Shown piece by piece: positions 1 to 9,480 of a stretch of 64,000 nucleotides of DNA; within the stretch, counting starts at the first letter, position 1, and each line of letters starts with the position of its first letter. The stretch lies in sequence record NC_018859.1. The stretch is one strand, 5' to 3'. The notes below the pieces were generated by a model that did not search any database, was not told the DNA's origin, and saw only the letters and a list, made by a program, of their open reading frames with translations. Made by a program: the position numbers and the translations under genes. The DNA comes from Escherichia phage ECBP2.

Positions 1-557
1 CGCACTGCGTGCAACGCTGAAAAAGAAAGAACATAAAGAAAGTATTAAAAGAATAATAATAACATCAATTATCAATACCAATCTAATTAATACATACATC
101 ATTAATCCACCCATAATCATTACATTCAGAATCATTTACATTCAAACCGGGCCAACCTGCAAGGCAGTTGGTCAGAACTATGGGGCGTTGCAATGGTTGC
201 TTACTGGTATTAATAGCTTCGATATAATCAAGCCTTTACTAGTTCGTCATCAGGGCTGGCCTTTCATCCCTTCTCAACATGAGTAAGAGAAATACGGGTA
301 GGAAATCACTGGTTAGATATACATGGGTAAATAATGCATGTCTAATATCAATGGGTAGGGTATTTATGGGTAGGCATGCCACTGATAGCAGGTAGGGCAA
401 GGCTTAGAGCTTAAAGGCTGATTGATTTCCTAAAGACGATCACCAGCAGAATAACCCTTTTTTATTTGAGGACTCCCCCTTTTTAACAATTCGCCGCAGA
501 GCGCCTAGCCCCACTCGGTCAAATCAGAATTTTAAACAGATATATATAAGGTTGAAT

Positions 558-719
558 ATGAATCTAATTAAAGTATTTAGACGGATGAAGTGTAAGCACA
601 ATTACTATCCTCTTCGTAAAGCTTACGGGGATGAAAGAATACATGGTCTCTACCTATCAACATGGAAGTGTAAGGAATGTGGTAAGTTGAGATTCAGTAC
701 ATGGATGGATAGACCTTAA
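558..719 (+). CDS. small hypothetical protein (53 aa) with Cys/His pairs suggesting a zinc ribbon
   Basis: ATG at 558 preceded by AAGG; translation MNLIKVFRRMKCKHNYY...WKCKECGKLRFSTWMDRP; below the ORF-track length cutoff; stop overlaps the next tiny ORF (TAATG). Confidence 0.3.
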   Translation: MNLIKVFRRMKCKHNYYPLRKAYGDERIHGLYLSTWKCKECGKLRFSTWMDRP

Positions 720-946
720 TGGAAATAATCTTTTGGTTAGTAATAGTCTTCTGTTTATTCATCTGCTTCTCTATAGCAAGATGTATCAAGTATGACTAAT
801 GACATGGCCTTAACATGAGGGTGCCTTTATGACATGCCCTTTACTTGAACGTAGTGAACTACTTCAGCGTACACGGGTTTATACATGGGTGGGCCTTTAG
901 ATGAATACGCCTTTATGGGTTGACCCTTACTCAGAGGAGAACAAAT

Positions 947-1201
947 ATGTTTCTAGACTTTTTATCAGAGTTGATTCCTTACTTTCGCACTGAGACATGT
1001 GCATTCAAAGTTGAAGAAGATGGGGACTTTGAAGTAATAACTTGTTTGGGTAGATTGGTAGACCTAGACGACGATGAAGATTTTGATGTGACAATAGATT
1101 TGAGTTCATTGGGTTGGTTGTACATGAGATTTTGCATAACCTACAAACCCGAGACTTATAAAGATTATCGTTATACCACTGAAGGAGAGAATGATGAATA
1201 A
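947..1201 (+). CDS. hypothetical acidic protein
   Basis: ORF-track frame 920..1201 begins at a TTG; the internal ATG at 947 follows GGAGA; acidic composition. Confidence 0.5.
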   Translation: MFLDFLSELIPYFRTETCAFKVEEDGDFEVITCLGRLVDLDDDEDFDVTIDLSSLGWLYMRFCITYKPETYKDYRYTTEGENDE

Positions 1202-1850
1202 CAATATGACAGGAACTAATACACTGAATGCAATCTATGAGAACATGGGATGTAAAGGCGAGGTTGTTTACAATGGTAATCTCCGTCCTTTATCAGAGGA
1301 CACTCTCTATCTGAATCGTGTTCATGAAACCACTGGAGGTAAATCCCGAGTTGAGATGGTAAAACAATTGGCTCATGATTCTGTGTATGGGTATGCTCCT
1401 TCAACCCGTGAATTATGGGAAGGTTTGATTCCTCGTACAGAAGCTAAAGATGTGAAAGATTATTTCACTGTAGCAAAGGAAGTTAAACGTAAGCTTCCTT
1501 CCAATCTAGAAGTTGTTCCGTATGTATCTGACAAACATGCACACCTGCCGGATTATGCCCGTGAGATGATTGAGATGATTGAAGAAGCCGAGTATGAAGC
1601 TCTGAATAATTATCTCAATTCAAAAGACCAATGGTCTCGTAATGTAGTAATTGATGAAGAAGGTAATGAAGTAGTTACGTGGGTGCATGTTAGTGAACAA
1701 GCTCTGGACCCCGAGCTTGAAGAATACAAAAAATTTTTGGCGTCCTCTTCTTTTGATGTAGAGAATGACAAGTCCGTTCCAGTTACTTGGAAAGGTGAAA
1801 CGGTAGCTCTCCAGACTTTGTTCAACCTACACGTAGGTGATGTAGACTAA
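1191..1850 (+). CDS. hypothetical protein
   Basis: 219-aa ORF, GAAGGAGAG immediately upstream, overlaps the previous stop. Confidence 0.6.
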   Translation: MMNNNMTGTNTLNAIYENMGCKGEVVYNGNLRPLSEDTLYLNRVHETTGGKSRVEMVKQLAHDSVYGYAPSTRELWEGLIPRTEAKDVKDYFTVAKEVKRKLPSNLEVVPYVSDKHAHLPDYAREMIEMIEEAEYEALNNYLNSKDQWSRNVVIDEEGNEVVTWVHVSEQALDPELEEYKKFLASSSFDVENDKSVPVTWKGETVALQTLFNLHVGDVD

Positions 1851-1860
1851 TAAAGGTGTT

Positions 1861-1885
1861 GCCTCCTTCAGTGGGAGGCTTTTTG
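1861..1885 (+). terminator. rho-independent terminator candidate
   Basis: GCCTCC-ttcagt-GGGAGGC stem-loop followed by TTTTTG. Confidence 0.5.
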
Positions 1886-1914
1886 TTATAACGATAATGT
1901 AGAAGGAGTATACA

Positions 1915-2382
1915 ATGTTTGGAGAAAAAGGAGAACTCACGCCTACACAGGTAGCTGAGGTTACAGGAAGATTACCCGGTGTAACTGATGAATTGGAAAG
2001 CCGTGGTATGGAGCCAAGCACAGGGAAGTTCCAAAAGGGAAATAAGTTCGGACGACCCAAAGGTAGTAGAGGTAAGTTGACACAGCTCATGTTGGACCGA
2101 GTTGCTGCAAGTCATCTGTCCCCTGATGAAGTGCTGATTCAAATTTATGAAGACCCAAATATTCCACCTGATCTTAGATTCAAAGCTGCAAGTAAAGTTG
2201 CAGATCTGGTATATCCGAAGGCAGCTTCTGTTGAGATTAAGATTGAGGATGAGAATGTAATTAACGAGGATTCGTTGAACGCACAAATCAAGGACTTCTT
2301 GGCTGGAGCATTAGGTACAGATGTGCTACCTCCAGAGGACTCTGAGGACGCTGAAAAGGAGGAGGAAGCGGACGAGAGTTAA
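1915..2382 (+). CDS. putative terminase small subunit / DNA-binding protein
   Basis: Directly upstream of the large terminase gene; basic GNKFGRPKGSRGK segment and acidic C-terminus; RBS GAAGGAG. Confidence 0.4.
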   Translation: MFGEKGELTPTQVAEVTGRLPGVTDELESRGMEPSTGKFQKGNKFGRPKGSRGKLTQLMLDRVAASHLSPDEVLIQIYEDPNIPPDLRFKAASKVADLVYPKAASVEIKIEDENVINEDSLNAQIKDFLAGALGTDVLPPEDSEDAEKEEEADES

Positions 2383-2499
2383 TTAAAGGAAAGGGTTCCC
2401 CTTCTAGTAAAGCGCTAGGAGATTTGTTACCCTGTATGAAGAGGGGAGGGTTCTTTTCGCGAGGGATCTCTCCCTTTTTTATTTTCAATTGGAGGAAAC

Positions 2500-4041
2500 A
2501 TGTCATTAGATAAAGAAATATATGAAGCACTAACTGGAGACAAGCTTACGACAGAGGAGAAAAAGGCTCTGCTTGAAATGCTGAAGGATAGAGATCAATG
2601 GAGAAAGTATAATAGGATTCTAGCTTTCAAAGCATACCAGTTTCAGAAAGAGTTTTATGCAGCAGGATTGAAGCATCGCTTTAGATTCTTGTGTGCAGCG
2701 AACCGTGTTGGTAAATCTTACAGCGAGGCATACGAGTTTGCTTGTCATGTCACAGGTCGCTATCCAACGTGGTGGACAGGATATAGATTTAATCGACCCA
2801 TATTGGCTTGGGCAGTAGGGATTACAGGGGACTCTACAAGAAAGGTATTGCAAAAGGAATTGTTTGGTACACCAATCGGAAAGGACACCAACCTAATAGG
2901 AACAGGAGTTATTCCTCGTGATGCAATTGTCATAGACACAATTGAACGAGATGGTAATAAATTACAAATCGTACAAATCAAGCACCAAAACGCTAGAGGT
3001 GAATTCGATGGGCTGAGTACGTTAGAATTCCGTTCTACCCAACAGGGTGAACACACATTAATGGGTGCTACAGTGGACTATATTTGGCTGGACGAAGAAG
3101 ATCCTTACGAAAGTATGGCAATTTTCTCTCAGTGCGTTACACGTACACTTACTACTAAAGGTTTAGTTACTATTACAGCAACACCAGAGAACGGTTTAAC
3201 AGAGCTGGTGGACAAGTTTATGAAAGGTGAAGGGGACGAGAACACAGGTTCTCTGTATTTCCAGAACGCTTCTTGGTGGGATGCACATGTCGATATAGGT
3301 GGACACATCTCTGAACAAGATATTAAAGATATGACTGAAGGTATTCCAGCGTGGCAATTAGAAATGCGCTCTAAAGGTATGCCTCTGTTGGGTTCAGGTT
3401 TGATTTACGATGTATCTGATGATTCAATTAAGTGTGACCCGTTTGAAATTCCTGAGACATGGAAACGCGTATGTGCCATTGATATTGGTATTGATCACCC
3501 GACGGCAGCTGTATGGTCAGCATACGATGCGAACACCGATACAATCTACGTTTATGACTGCTATAAAGAAAGCGGCTTCACTCCAGTGTATCATGCTCCT
3601 GCAATTAACGGACGTGGACAGTGGATTCCAGTGATACTACCTCATGATGCGGACAATACCGAGAAGGGTAGTGGTGCTTCTGTAGCTCAATTCTATAAAA
3701 ATGCAGGTGTTAACGTACAAAGTGAGACCTTCCATAACAAGATCGGAATGGATGGTAAGAAGAACTTCTTTGTGGAGCCGGGAATTACTGATATTCGTGA
3801 ACGTATGATGTCAGGTCGATTCAAAATCTTTAATACTACCGCATGTGCTAAGCTCTTTGAAGAGAAAGCACGTTACCATCGAAAAGTTGGTAAGATTATT
3901 AAAGAACATGATGACCTTATGGATGCAATGCGATATTCAGCGTGTTCTGTTACACACAGAGGTCGGTCTAAGCATGACGCTAGCTATGGTAGCTCGTCGC
4001 TTTATCAAGAAAATATTAACAGATGGAATTCGAGTTACTAA
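2500..4041 (+). CDS. terminase large subunit
   Basis: 513 aa; Walker-A-like CAANRVGKS near the N-terminus, acidic motif WLDEEDP, C-terminal nuclease-like region; RBS GGAGG. Confidence 0.85.
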   Translation: MSLDKEIYEALTGDKLTTEEKKALLEMLKDRDQWRKYNRILAFKAYQFQKEFYAAGLKHRFRFLCAANRVGKSYSEAYEFACHVTGRYPTWWTGYRFNRPILAWAVGITGDSTRKVLQKELFGTPIGKDTNLIGTGVIPRDAIVIDTIERDGNKLQIVQIKHQNARGEFDGLSTLEFRSTQQGEHTLMGATVDYIWLDEEDPYESMAIFSQCVTRTLTTKGLVTITATPENGLTELVDKFMKGEGDENTGSLYFQNASWWDAHVDIGGHISEQDIKDMTEGIPAWQLEMRSKGMPLLGSGLIYDVSDDSIKCDPFEIPETWKRVCAIDIGIDHPTAAVWSAYDANTDTIYVYDCYKESGFTPVYHAPAINGRGQWIPVILPHDADNTEKGSGASVAQFYKNAGVNVQSETFHNKIGMDGKKNFFVEPGITDIRERMMSGRFKIFNTTACAKLFEEKARYHRKVGKIIKEHDDLMDAMRYSACSVTHRGRSKHDASYGSSSLYQENINRWNSSY

Positions 4042-4182
4042 ATACAAGTGTTTCTAGTGAGGGTTAAGTCAGTTATTGCCCTCATTAGCTTATGGTATCA
4101 GCATACTGACATGCTGACGTGAGGGGAGTGCAACGGCCCCTCTTAGTAACTCATTCCAAGCTATCACCGAGGGAGAGATTAG

Positions 4183-6426
4183 ATGGCTAAGAATAAATTT
4201 AGTGAAGATATTTTGGATGAACTGCGCGTTGACCTTCAACGTCGATTCTATTATGCTCAAGGTTATGTAGACATTGCTGTAAAAGGCTATGCTCGTGAAG
4301 CTTGGGAATACTTCTATGGTAACTTACCTGCTCCAGTTACAGATGGTAGCTCTAGTTGGGTAGACCGTACAGTATGGGAATCAGTAAACGGTACATTGCA
4401 AGATATCATTAACGTATTCTGTTCAGGCGATGAAGCGGTGACGTTTGTTGCGGACAACCAAGCAGATTCTGATGCAGCTGATGTAGCAACTAAGCTTGTC
4501 AACCAAATCATGCTTCGTGATAATCCGGGATATAACATCATTTCCTCAGCGGCTCAGGAATGTCTGGTTACACGTAACTCTTTTATCAAATACTATTGGG
4601 ATGAACAAACCTCAACTCAAACTGAAGAGGCAGAGGGCGTTCCACCGGAAGCTCTTGCTGCATATGTTCAAGGTATGGAAGCAGGTGGTTTACAAGATTT
4701 AGAAATCTTTACCACTGAAAATGAAGATGGTACGGTTGACGTCAAGGTCACGTACAAACAAACTGTTAAACGTGTTAAAGTTGAATATGTTCCTTCAGAG
4801 CAAATCTTTGTTGATGAACATGCAACCTCTTTTGCAGATGCTCAGTATTTCTGCCATCGCACACGTAAGTCTAAAGATGAATTACTTGCTCTTGGTTTCC
4901 CTAAAGACGAAATCGAAGCATTCAACGATTGGACTGACACAATGGATACCACTCAATCAACTGTTGCTTGGTCACGTACTGACTGGAGACAGGACATTGA
5001 TGCAGATATTGGTGTAGATACTGAAGATGTATCTTCTATGGTGTGGGTCTATGAACACTATATTCGTACTGGTGTACTAGATAAGAATAAAGAATCTAAA
5101 TTGTACCAAGTAATCCAAGCAGGCGAGCACATCCTTTCCTGTGAAGAAGTTACCAGTATTCCTTTTGTTACTTTCTGTCCTTATCCGATTCCGGGTTCCT
5201 TCTATGGTCAATCCGTGTATGACATTACTAAGGATATTCAAGACCTCCGTACAGCTTTAGTACGTGGTTATATTGATAACGTTAACAATGCCAACTATGG
5301 TCGCTATAAGGCGATAGCAGGCACGTACGACCGTCGTTCTTTGCTAGACAACCGTCCGGGTGGTGTAGTAGAAATGGAGCGTCAGGATGCGATTGATCTC
5401 TTCCCATACCACAATCTACCTCAGGGTATTGATGGTCTGTTGGGTATGTCTGATGAATTGAAAGAAACTCGTACAGGTGTTACTAAACTTGGCATGGGTA
5501 TTAACCCTGATGTATTTAAGAATGATAATGCGTATGCAACTGTTGGCTTAATGATGAATGCTGCACAGAACCGTCTCCGTATGGTGTGTCGTAACATTGC
5601 ACATAACGGTATGGTTGAGTTAATGCGTGGTATTTATAACCTTATCAGAGAAAATGGTGAAGTCCCTTTACAGGTACAGACCCCTCGTGGTATGGTAGAA
5701 GTTAATCCTAAACAATTACCAGCTCGTCACAATCTACAAGTTGTTGTAGCTATCTCTCCTAATGAGAAAGCAGAACGTGCACAGAAACTGATTAGTCTGA
5801 AGCAATTGATTGCTGCTGATGCTCAACTTGCACCTCTCTTTACTCTGGAACAAGACCGTTATATGACTGCTCAGATCTTTGAACTGATGGGAATTAAAGA
5901 TACTCATAAATACCTTATGCCTCTGGAACTGTATCAACCGCCTCAGCCTTCTCCGATGGAAATCCTCCAGCTCGAGATGACTAAAGCTCAGGTTGAGAAC
6001 GTACAGGCTTCTTCTCAGAAGATGATTGCTGATGCATTCGACCAGCGTGAACGTACTACATTCGAACAGCAGAAAGCTGCGGATGACTTTAGTTTACGTC
6101 AGGAAGAACTGCAATTCAAGCAAGAAAATGCAGCAGACCATATGACTCTTGAGAACCGTAAGGAAGACAACTCAGCTACTCTTGAACAAGCTAAGCATAA
6201 GTTAGCTCTGCTCCAGCAACAGGTTCGTCAGTACGAATCAGTATTGAAAGAACTACAGTTGACCATGAGTCATCAAGTTGATTTGGAGAAGATTGACCAG
6301 CAAGCTCACATTCAGGATAAAACTTTGGAACTCCAAAAGAAAGAAGCAAATGAAACTAAGAAAGAACAACAAAGTTCTCTCAAAGATTCACGTATTCCTA
6401 ATAGAAAGCTTGGTAGTAGAAAATAA
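4183..6426 (+). CDS. portal protein (putative)
   Basis: 747 aa immediately after the terminase; size, position and coiled-coil C-terminal extension fit a portal. Confidence 0.65.
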   Translation: MAKNKFSEDILDELRVDLQRRFYYAQGYVDIAVKGYAREAWEYFYGNLPAPVTDGSSSWVDRTVWESVNGTLQDIINVFCSGDEAVTFVADNQADSDAADVATKLVNQIMLRDNPGYNIISSAAQECLVTRNSFIKYYWDEQTSTQTEEAEGVPPEALAAYVQGMEAGGLQDLEIFTTENEDGTVDVKVTYKQTVKRVKVEYVPSEQIFVDEHATSFADAQYFCHRTRKSKDELLALGFPKDEIEAFNDWTDTMDTTQSTVAWSRTDWRQDIDADIGVDTEDVSSMVWVYEHYIRTGVLDKNKESKLYQVIQAGEHILSCEEVTSIPFVTFCPYPIPGSFYGQSVYDITKDIQDLRTALVRGYIDNVNNANYGRYKAIAGTYDRRSLLDNRPGGVVEMERQDAIDLFPYHNLPQGIDGLLGMSDELKETRTGVTKLGMGINPDVFKNDNAYATVGLMMNAAQNRLRMVCRNIAHNGMVELMRGIYNLIRENGEVPLQVQTPRGMVEVNPKQLPARHNLQVVVAISPNEKAERAQKLISLKQLIAADAQLAPLFTLEQDRYMTAQIFELMGIKDTHKYLMPLELYQPPQPSPMEILQLEMTKAQVENVQASSQKMIADAFDQRERTTFEQQKAADDFSLRQEELQFKQENAADHMTLENRKEDNSATLEQAKHKLALLQQQVRQYESVLKELQLTMSHQVDLEKIDQQAHIQDKTLELQKKEANETKKEQQSSLKDSRIPNRKLGSRK

Positions 6427-6435
6427 GGACACGGA

Positions 6436-6666
6436 ATGAATACTAGACATAAATTTAACGAAGAGCATGCCGCCGCTTTGGCGGCTCTCAATCATAACGG
6501 CATTCTTGACGCAGCATTAGAGGCATTAAAAGAAACACTTATGAGAGATATCGTACTTACCGACGTTCATGAGTCCAAGAAACGCGAAGAGTGTTATCAA
6601 AAGTATAAAATGGTTGGTAGCTTAAAAGAGGTCATAAAAGCTGCTATCAATAGTGCAGGAGAATAA
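6436..6666 (+). CDS. hypothetical protein
   Basis: 76-aa ORF with RBS AAGGA between portal and scaffold genes. Confidence 0.45.
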   Translation: MNTRHKFNEEHAAALAALNHNGILDAALEALKETLMRDIVLTDVHESKKREECYQKYKMVGSLKEVIKAAINSAGE

Positions 6667-6671
6667 TCCTA

Positions 6672-7751
6672 ATGGCAAATGAATTTATTGACCCAAACGA
6701 TTTCAAATCATTCCTTCAGTTAGATGACTTAAAAGGTTCCTTCAAAGAAGACCTTAGTCGATTAGAATCTGAACAAGAACCAGAAGTGGACATTGACGAT
6801 GAATTCCCGGAAGATGCCGGTGACCAGTTCGACATTGATTCTGACATTCTGGGCAAAGGCGATAGCCTAGCGTTCGAAGATGAAGACGGATGGGATGATT
6901 CGGAAGAGGAAGGTGAAGAAGACGAAGGTGATTCTGACAGCGACGCTGATGAAGTGGATGTGGAAGATGAGCCAAGTGATGCAGATCACGATGATGCTGC
7001 TGACAGTGACTACGAAGATGGCGATGCTTTCGATGTAGATTATGAAACTGTTATCACCCTTCCTGATGGTCGTGAGATGACTATTGAAGAGTTATCAAAT
7101 GGCTATGTTACTGGCTCTGATATGACTGAACGGGAATCTGTTCTTCAGCGTCATGTTGAAGCTTTTGAAGAGCGTGTAGGTGGTTTAGCGGATGTATTAG
7201 AATTAGCATCCTTAGAAGCAGACCGAGTGATTGAAGATTACAACGGTTTTGATTGGGACAAGCTAGCAGTTGAAGATCCACAAGCCTATGTTGAAAACAA
7301 ACGCTTTTTAGAGAAATACACTGCTCGTCGTCAACAGCTTGAACAGGCTCAGGTCAAAATTAAGCAAGATGCACAAGCAAAGGAACAACAAGCCTTCCAA
7401 GCCAAATGTACTGAGTGTGTTAATGTATTGAAACGTGAGATTCCTAATTGGGATGACAGCGTTTATCAGAATCTGATGCAATATGCAATTGATCTCGGTG
7501 CTACTGAAGAAGAAGTCTTGAAAGAGAACCGTCCGTCAATCTTCCTTGCTCTGCACAAAGCATACCAATTTGATAAAGGTAAGCAGCAGGTGATGGCTAA
7601 GATTAAACGTCCCGGTGCTCCACGTAAGGTTGTGAAGTCCGATGCTTCTAAGTCTCGTTCTTCCAATACGCCAGACAACGCTAAGGTTGCCAAGGCATTT
7701 TCAGAGGGTCGTATTCGTCACGAAGATGCATTTAAGTATCTCGTAGATTAA
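6672..7751 (+). CDS. scaffolding protein (putative)
   Basis: Highly acidic Asp/Glu tract plus coiled-coil region; sits between portal and capsid genes. Confidence 0.55.
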   Translation: MANEFIDPNDFKSFLQLDDLKGSFKEDLSRLESEQEPEVDIDDEFPEDAGDQFDIDSDILGKGDSLAFEDEDGWDDSEEEGEEDEGDSDSDADEVDVEDEPSDADHDDAADSDYEDGDAFDVDYETVITLPDGREMTIEELSNGYVTGSDMTERESVLQRHVEAFEERVGGLADVLELASLEADRVIEDYNGFDWDKLAVEDPQAYVENKRFLEKYTARRQQLEQAQVKIKQDAQAKEQQAFQAKCTECVNVLKREIPNWDDSVYQNLMQYAIDLGATEEEVLKENRPSIFLALHKAYQFDKGKQQVMAKIKRPGAPRKVVKSDASKSRSSNTPDNAKVAKAFSEGRIRHEDAFKYLVD

Positions 7752-7791
7752 TCGACAAATTATTTTTTAATAGTATAGGAGCTAACATAAC

Positions 7792-8850
7792 ATGGCAAAT
7801 CCAACTTTATTTGTATCTTACGACCAGAATGGTAAAAAACTTTCTTTTGCTAACTGGATTTCTGTTCTGTCCCCGCAGGATACCCCGTTTGTGTCTATGA
7901 CTGGTAAAGAGTCTATCAACCAGACTATTTTCAGCTGGCAGACCGATGCACTGGCAAGTGTTGATGCTAACAACGCACACGTTGAAGGCTCTCGCGCTGA
8001 AGACGGTGAAATGAAACCGACCGTTATCAAATCTAACGTTACTCAGATTCTGCGTAAAGTAGTTCGTGTATCTGATACCGCTAACACCACCGCTAACTAC
8101 GGTCGTGGTCGTGAACTGATGTATCAGCTGGAGAAGAAAGGTAAAGAGATTAAACGTGACCTCGAGAAAATCTTGCTGTCCGGTCAGGCTCGTACCGACG
8201 TTCTGGCTGACCAGTATCTGACTAACTCAGCAGCTGATCCTGCTCAGGGTGGCCTGAATGACACTCATGCAGCTCGTAAGACTGGTGCTTTCCAGTTCCT
8301 GTGTGCTCACGGCGGTCTGACTGGTACGAACGTTAACAAAACTGTTGATGGCCCGGCTGACCCGGATACTGGTGCAGTAACTGTTAAAGTTGCTAAGAAC
8401 GCATCTAACCCGGTTGCTAACATCGGCTTTGATGAAGCAGATATCTTTGATATGACCCTTCAGCTATATACCGCAGGTTCTGAAGCAGACATCATCATGA
8501 TTAACCCTGCTCATGCAGCAATCTTTGCTAAGCTGCAAGAAAACTCCGTTGGCTCTCGTCAGCGTATCTTCGAAAACACCAAGCAGTTCATCTACGAAGT
8601 AAATAGCATCACTGACCCGCTGGGCCAGAGCTATAAGATCGTAGTTAACCGTTGGATGCCTGCTGATGCAGTTTACTTCTTCCGCAGCTCTGACTGGACT
8701 CAGATGGTCCTTCGTGCTCCGAAGCGTACTGAACTGGCTAAAGATGGTTCTTACGAGAAGTGGATGATCGAGATGGAAGTTGGTCTGCGTCACCGCAACC
8801 CGTATGCTTCTGGCGTACTGTTCACCGCTGCGGGAAAGGCGGGAGCGTAA
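7792..8850 (+). CDS. major capsid protein
   Basis: 352 aa, strongly biased codon usage, RBS AGGAG, located after the scaffold gene. Confidence 0.75.
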   Translation: MANPTLFVSYDQNGKKLSFANWISVLSPQDTPFVSMTGKESINQTIFSWQTDALASVDANNAHVEGSRAEDGEMKPTVIKSNVTQILRKVVRVSDTANTTANYGRGRELMYQLEKKGKEIKRDLEKILLSGQARTDVLADQYLTNSAADPAQGGLNDTHAARKTGAFQFLCAHGGLTGTNVNKTVDGPADPDTGAVTVKVAKNASNPVANIGFDEADIFDMTLQLYTAGSEADIIMINPAHAAIFAKLQENSVGSRQRIFENTKQFIYEVNSITDPLGQSYKIVVNRWMPADAVYFFRSSDWTQMVLRAPKRTELAKDGSYEKWMIEMEVGLRHRNPYASGVLFTAAGKAGA

Positions 8851-9377
8851 CAGTTGACAGTGTAACTGTTAGTCCTGCGTCTGTTGCTAGTCTTCAGACG
8901 GGGGCTACTCGGCAGTTCACTGCAAGCGCGGAGAAAAGTGATGGTTCTACCGAAACAACTGGCTTTACTTGGTCAGTGACAGGAGGTGGTTCTATCACTC
9001 AGTCTGGTTTGTATACTGCTCCGAGTGCGGCTCAATCCACTGATGTGTCCATTACTGCAACATTAGAAGATGTTTCTGGTACAGCAACCATTTCTGAAAT
9101 TGTTGCTCCTGCCCCTACCATCGTATCTCGTGGTCCAATCGCAGATAAGGTAGGCGGTTCTACTACAGCTTTCACTACAATGTTTACCGTTACCAATTCA
9201 GCTGCTTCTAACTATACTTTCGTAGTAACTCCTCCGGGAGCTGGTTCTGTAAGTGCTGCCGGTCTTCTGACCTTGGCTGATGCTGCTTCTGGTGCTGTAA
9301 GTGTTAAAGCCACCCACTCTACGGTTTCGAGTGTTACGGCTACTTGTGAATTTACAGGTGTAACTCCAAAAGAGTAA
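8832..9377 (+). CDS. capsid C-terminal extension reached by -1 frameshift; Ig-like (Big_2-type) decoration domain
   Basis: Slippery heptamer G_GGA_AAG at 8832..8838, four codons before the capsid stop; the -1 frame reads GKGGSVTVDSVTVSPASVASLQTGATRQF... to a stop at 9377 and has no own start or RBS. Confidence 0.6.
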   Translation, partial: GKGGSVTVDSVTVSPASVASLQTGATRQFTASAEKSDGSTETTGFTWSVTGGGSITQSGLYTAPSAAQSTDVSITATLEDVSGTATISEIVAPAPTIVSRGPIADKVGGSTTAFTTMFTVTNSAASNYTFVVTPPGAGSVSAAGLLTLADAASGAVSVKATHSTVSSVTATCEFTGVTPKE

Positions 9378-9386
9378 AACTATAAA

Positions 9387-9417
9387 GGCTGCCTTCGGGT
9401 GGCCTTTTCTTGTTTTA
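9387..9417 (+). terminator. rho-independent terminator candidate
   Basis: GGCTGCC-TTCG-GGTGGCC hairpin followed by TTTTCTTGTTTT. Confidence 0.5.
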
Positions 9418-9438
9418 AGACCTATACAAGCCAGTGTG

Positions 9439-9447
9439 TAATGTATA
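9439..9447 (+). promoter_or_regulatory. TAATGTATA promoter-like motif
   Basis: Exact TAATGTATA about 34 nt upstream of the 9481 start; the same 9-mer recurs upstream of genes on both strands. Confidence 0.35.
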
Positions 9448-9480
9448 TTCTTTGTCTACATACAACTAGGAGGACAATCT

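Noticed and set aside
2462-2485. Short hairpin AGGGA-tctc-TCCCT plus T-tract between the terminase subunit genes
   Set aside because: The 5-bp stem is too weak to call a terminator confidently and would separate two genes that are normally co-transcribed; it may be an attenuator but is left unannotated.
8760-9377. ORF-track entry beginning MDDRDGSWS as an independent gene
   Set aside because: Its start lies inside the capsid gene with no RBS; the downstream part is better explained as a -1 frameshift extension of the capsid from the G_GGA_AAG site.
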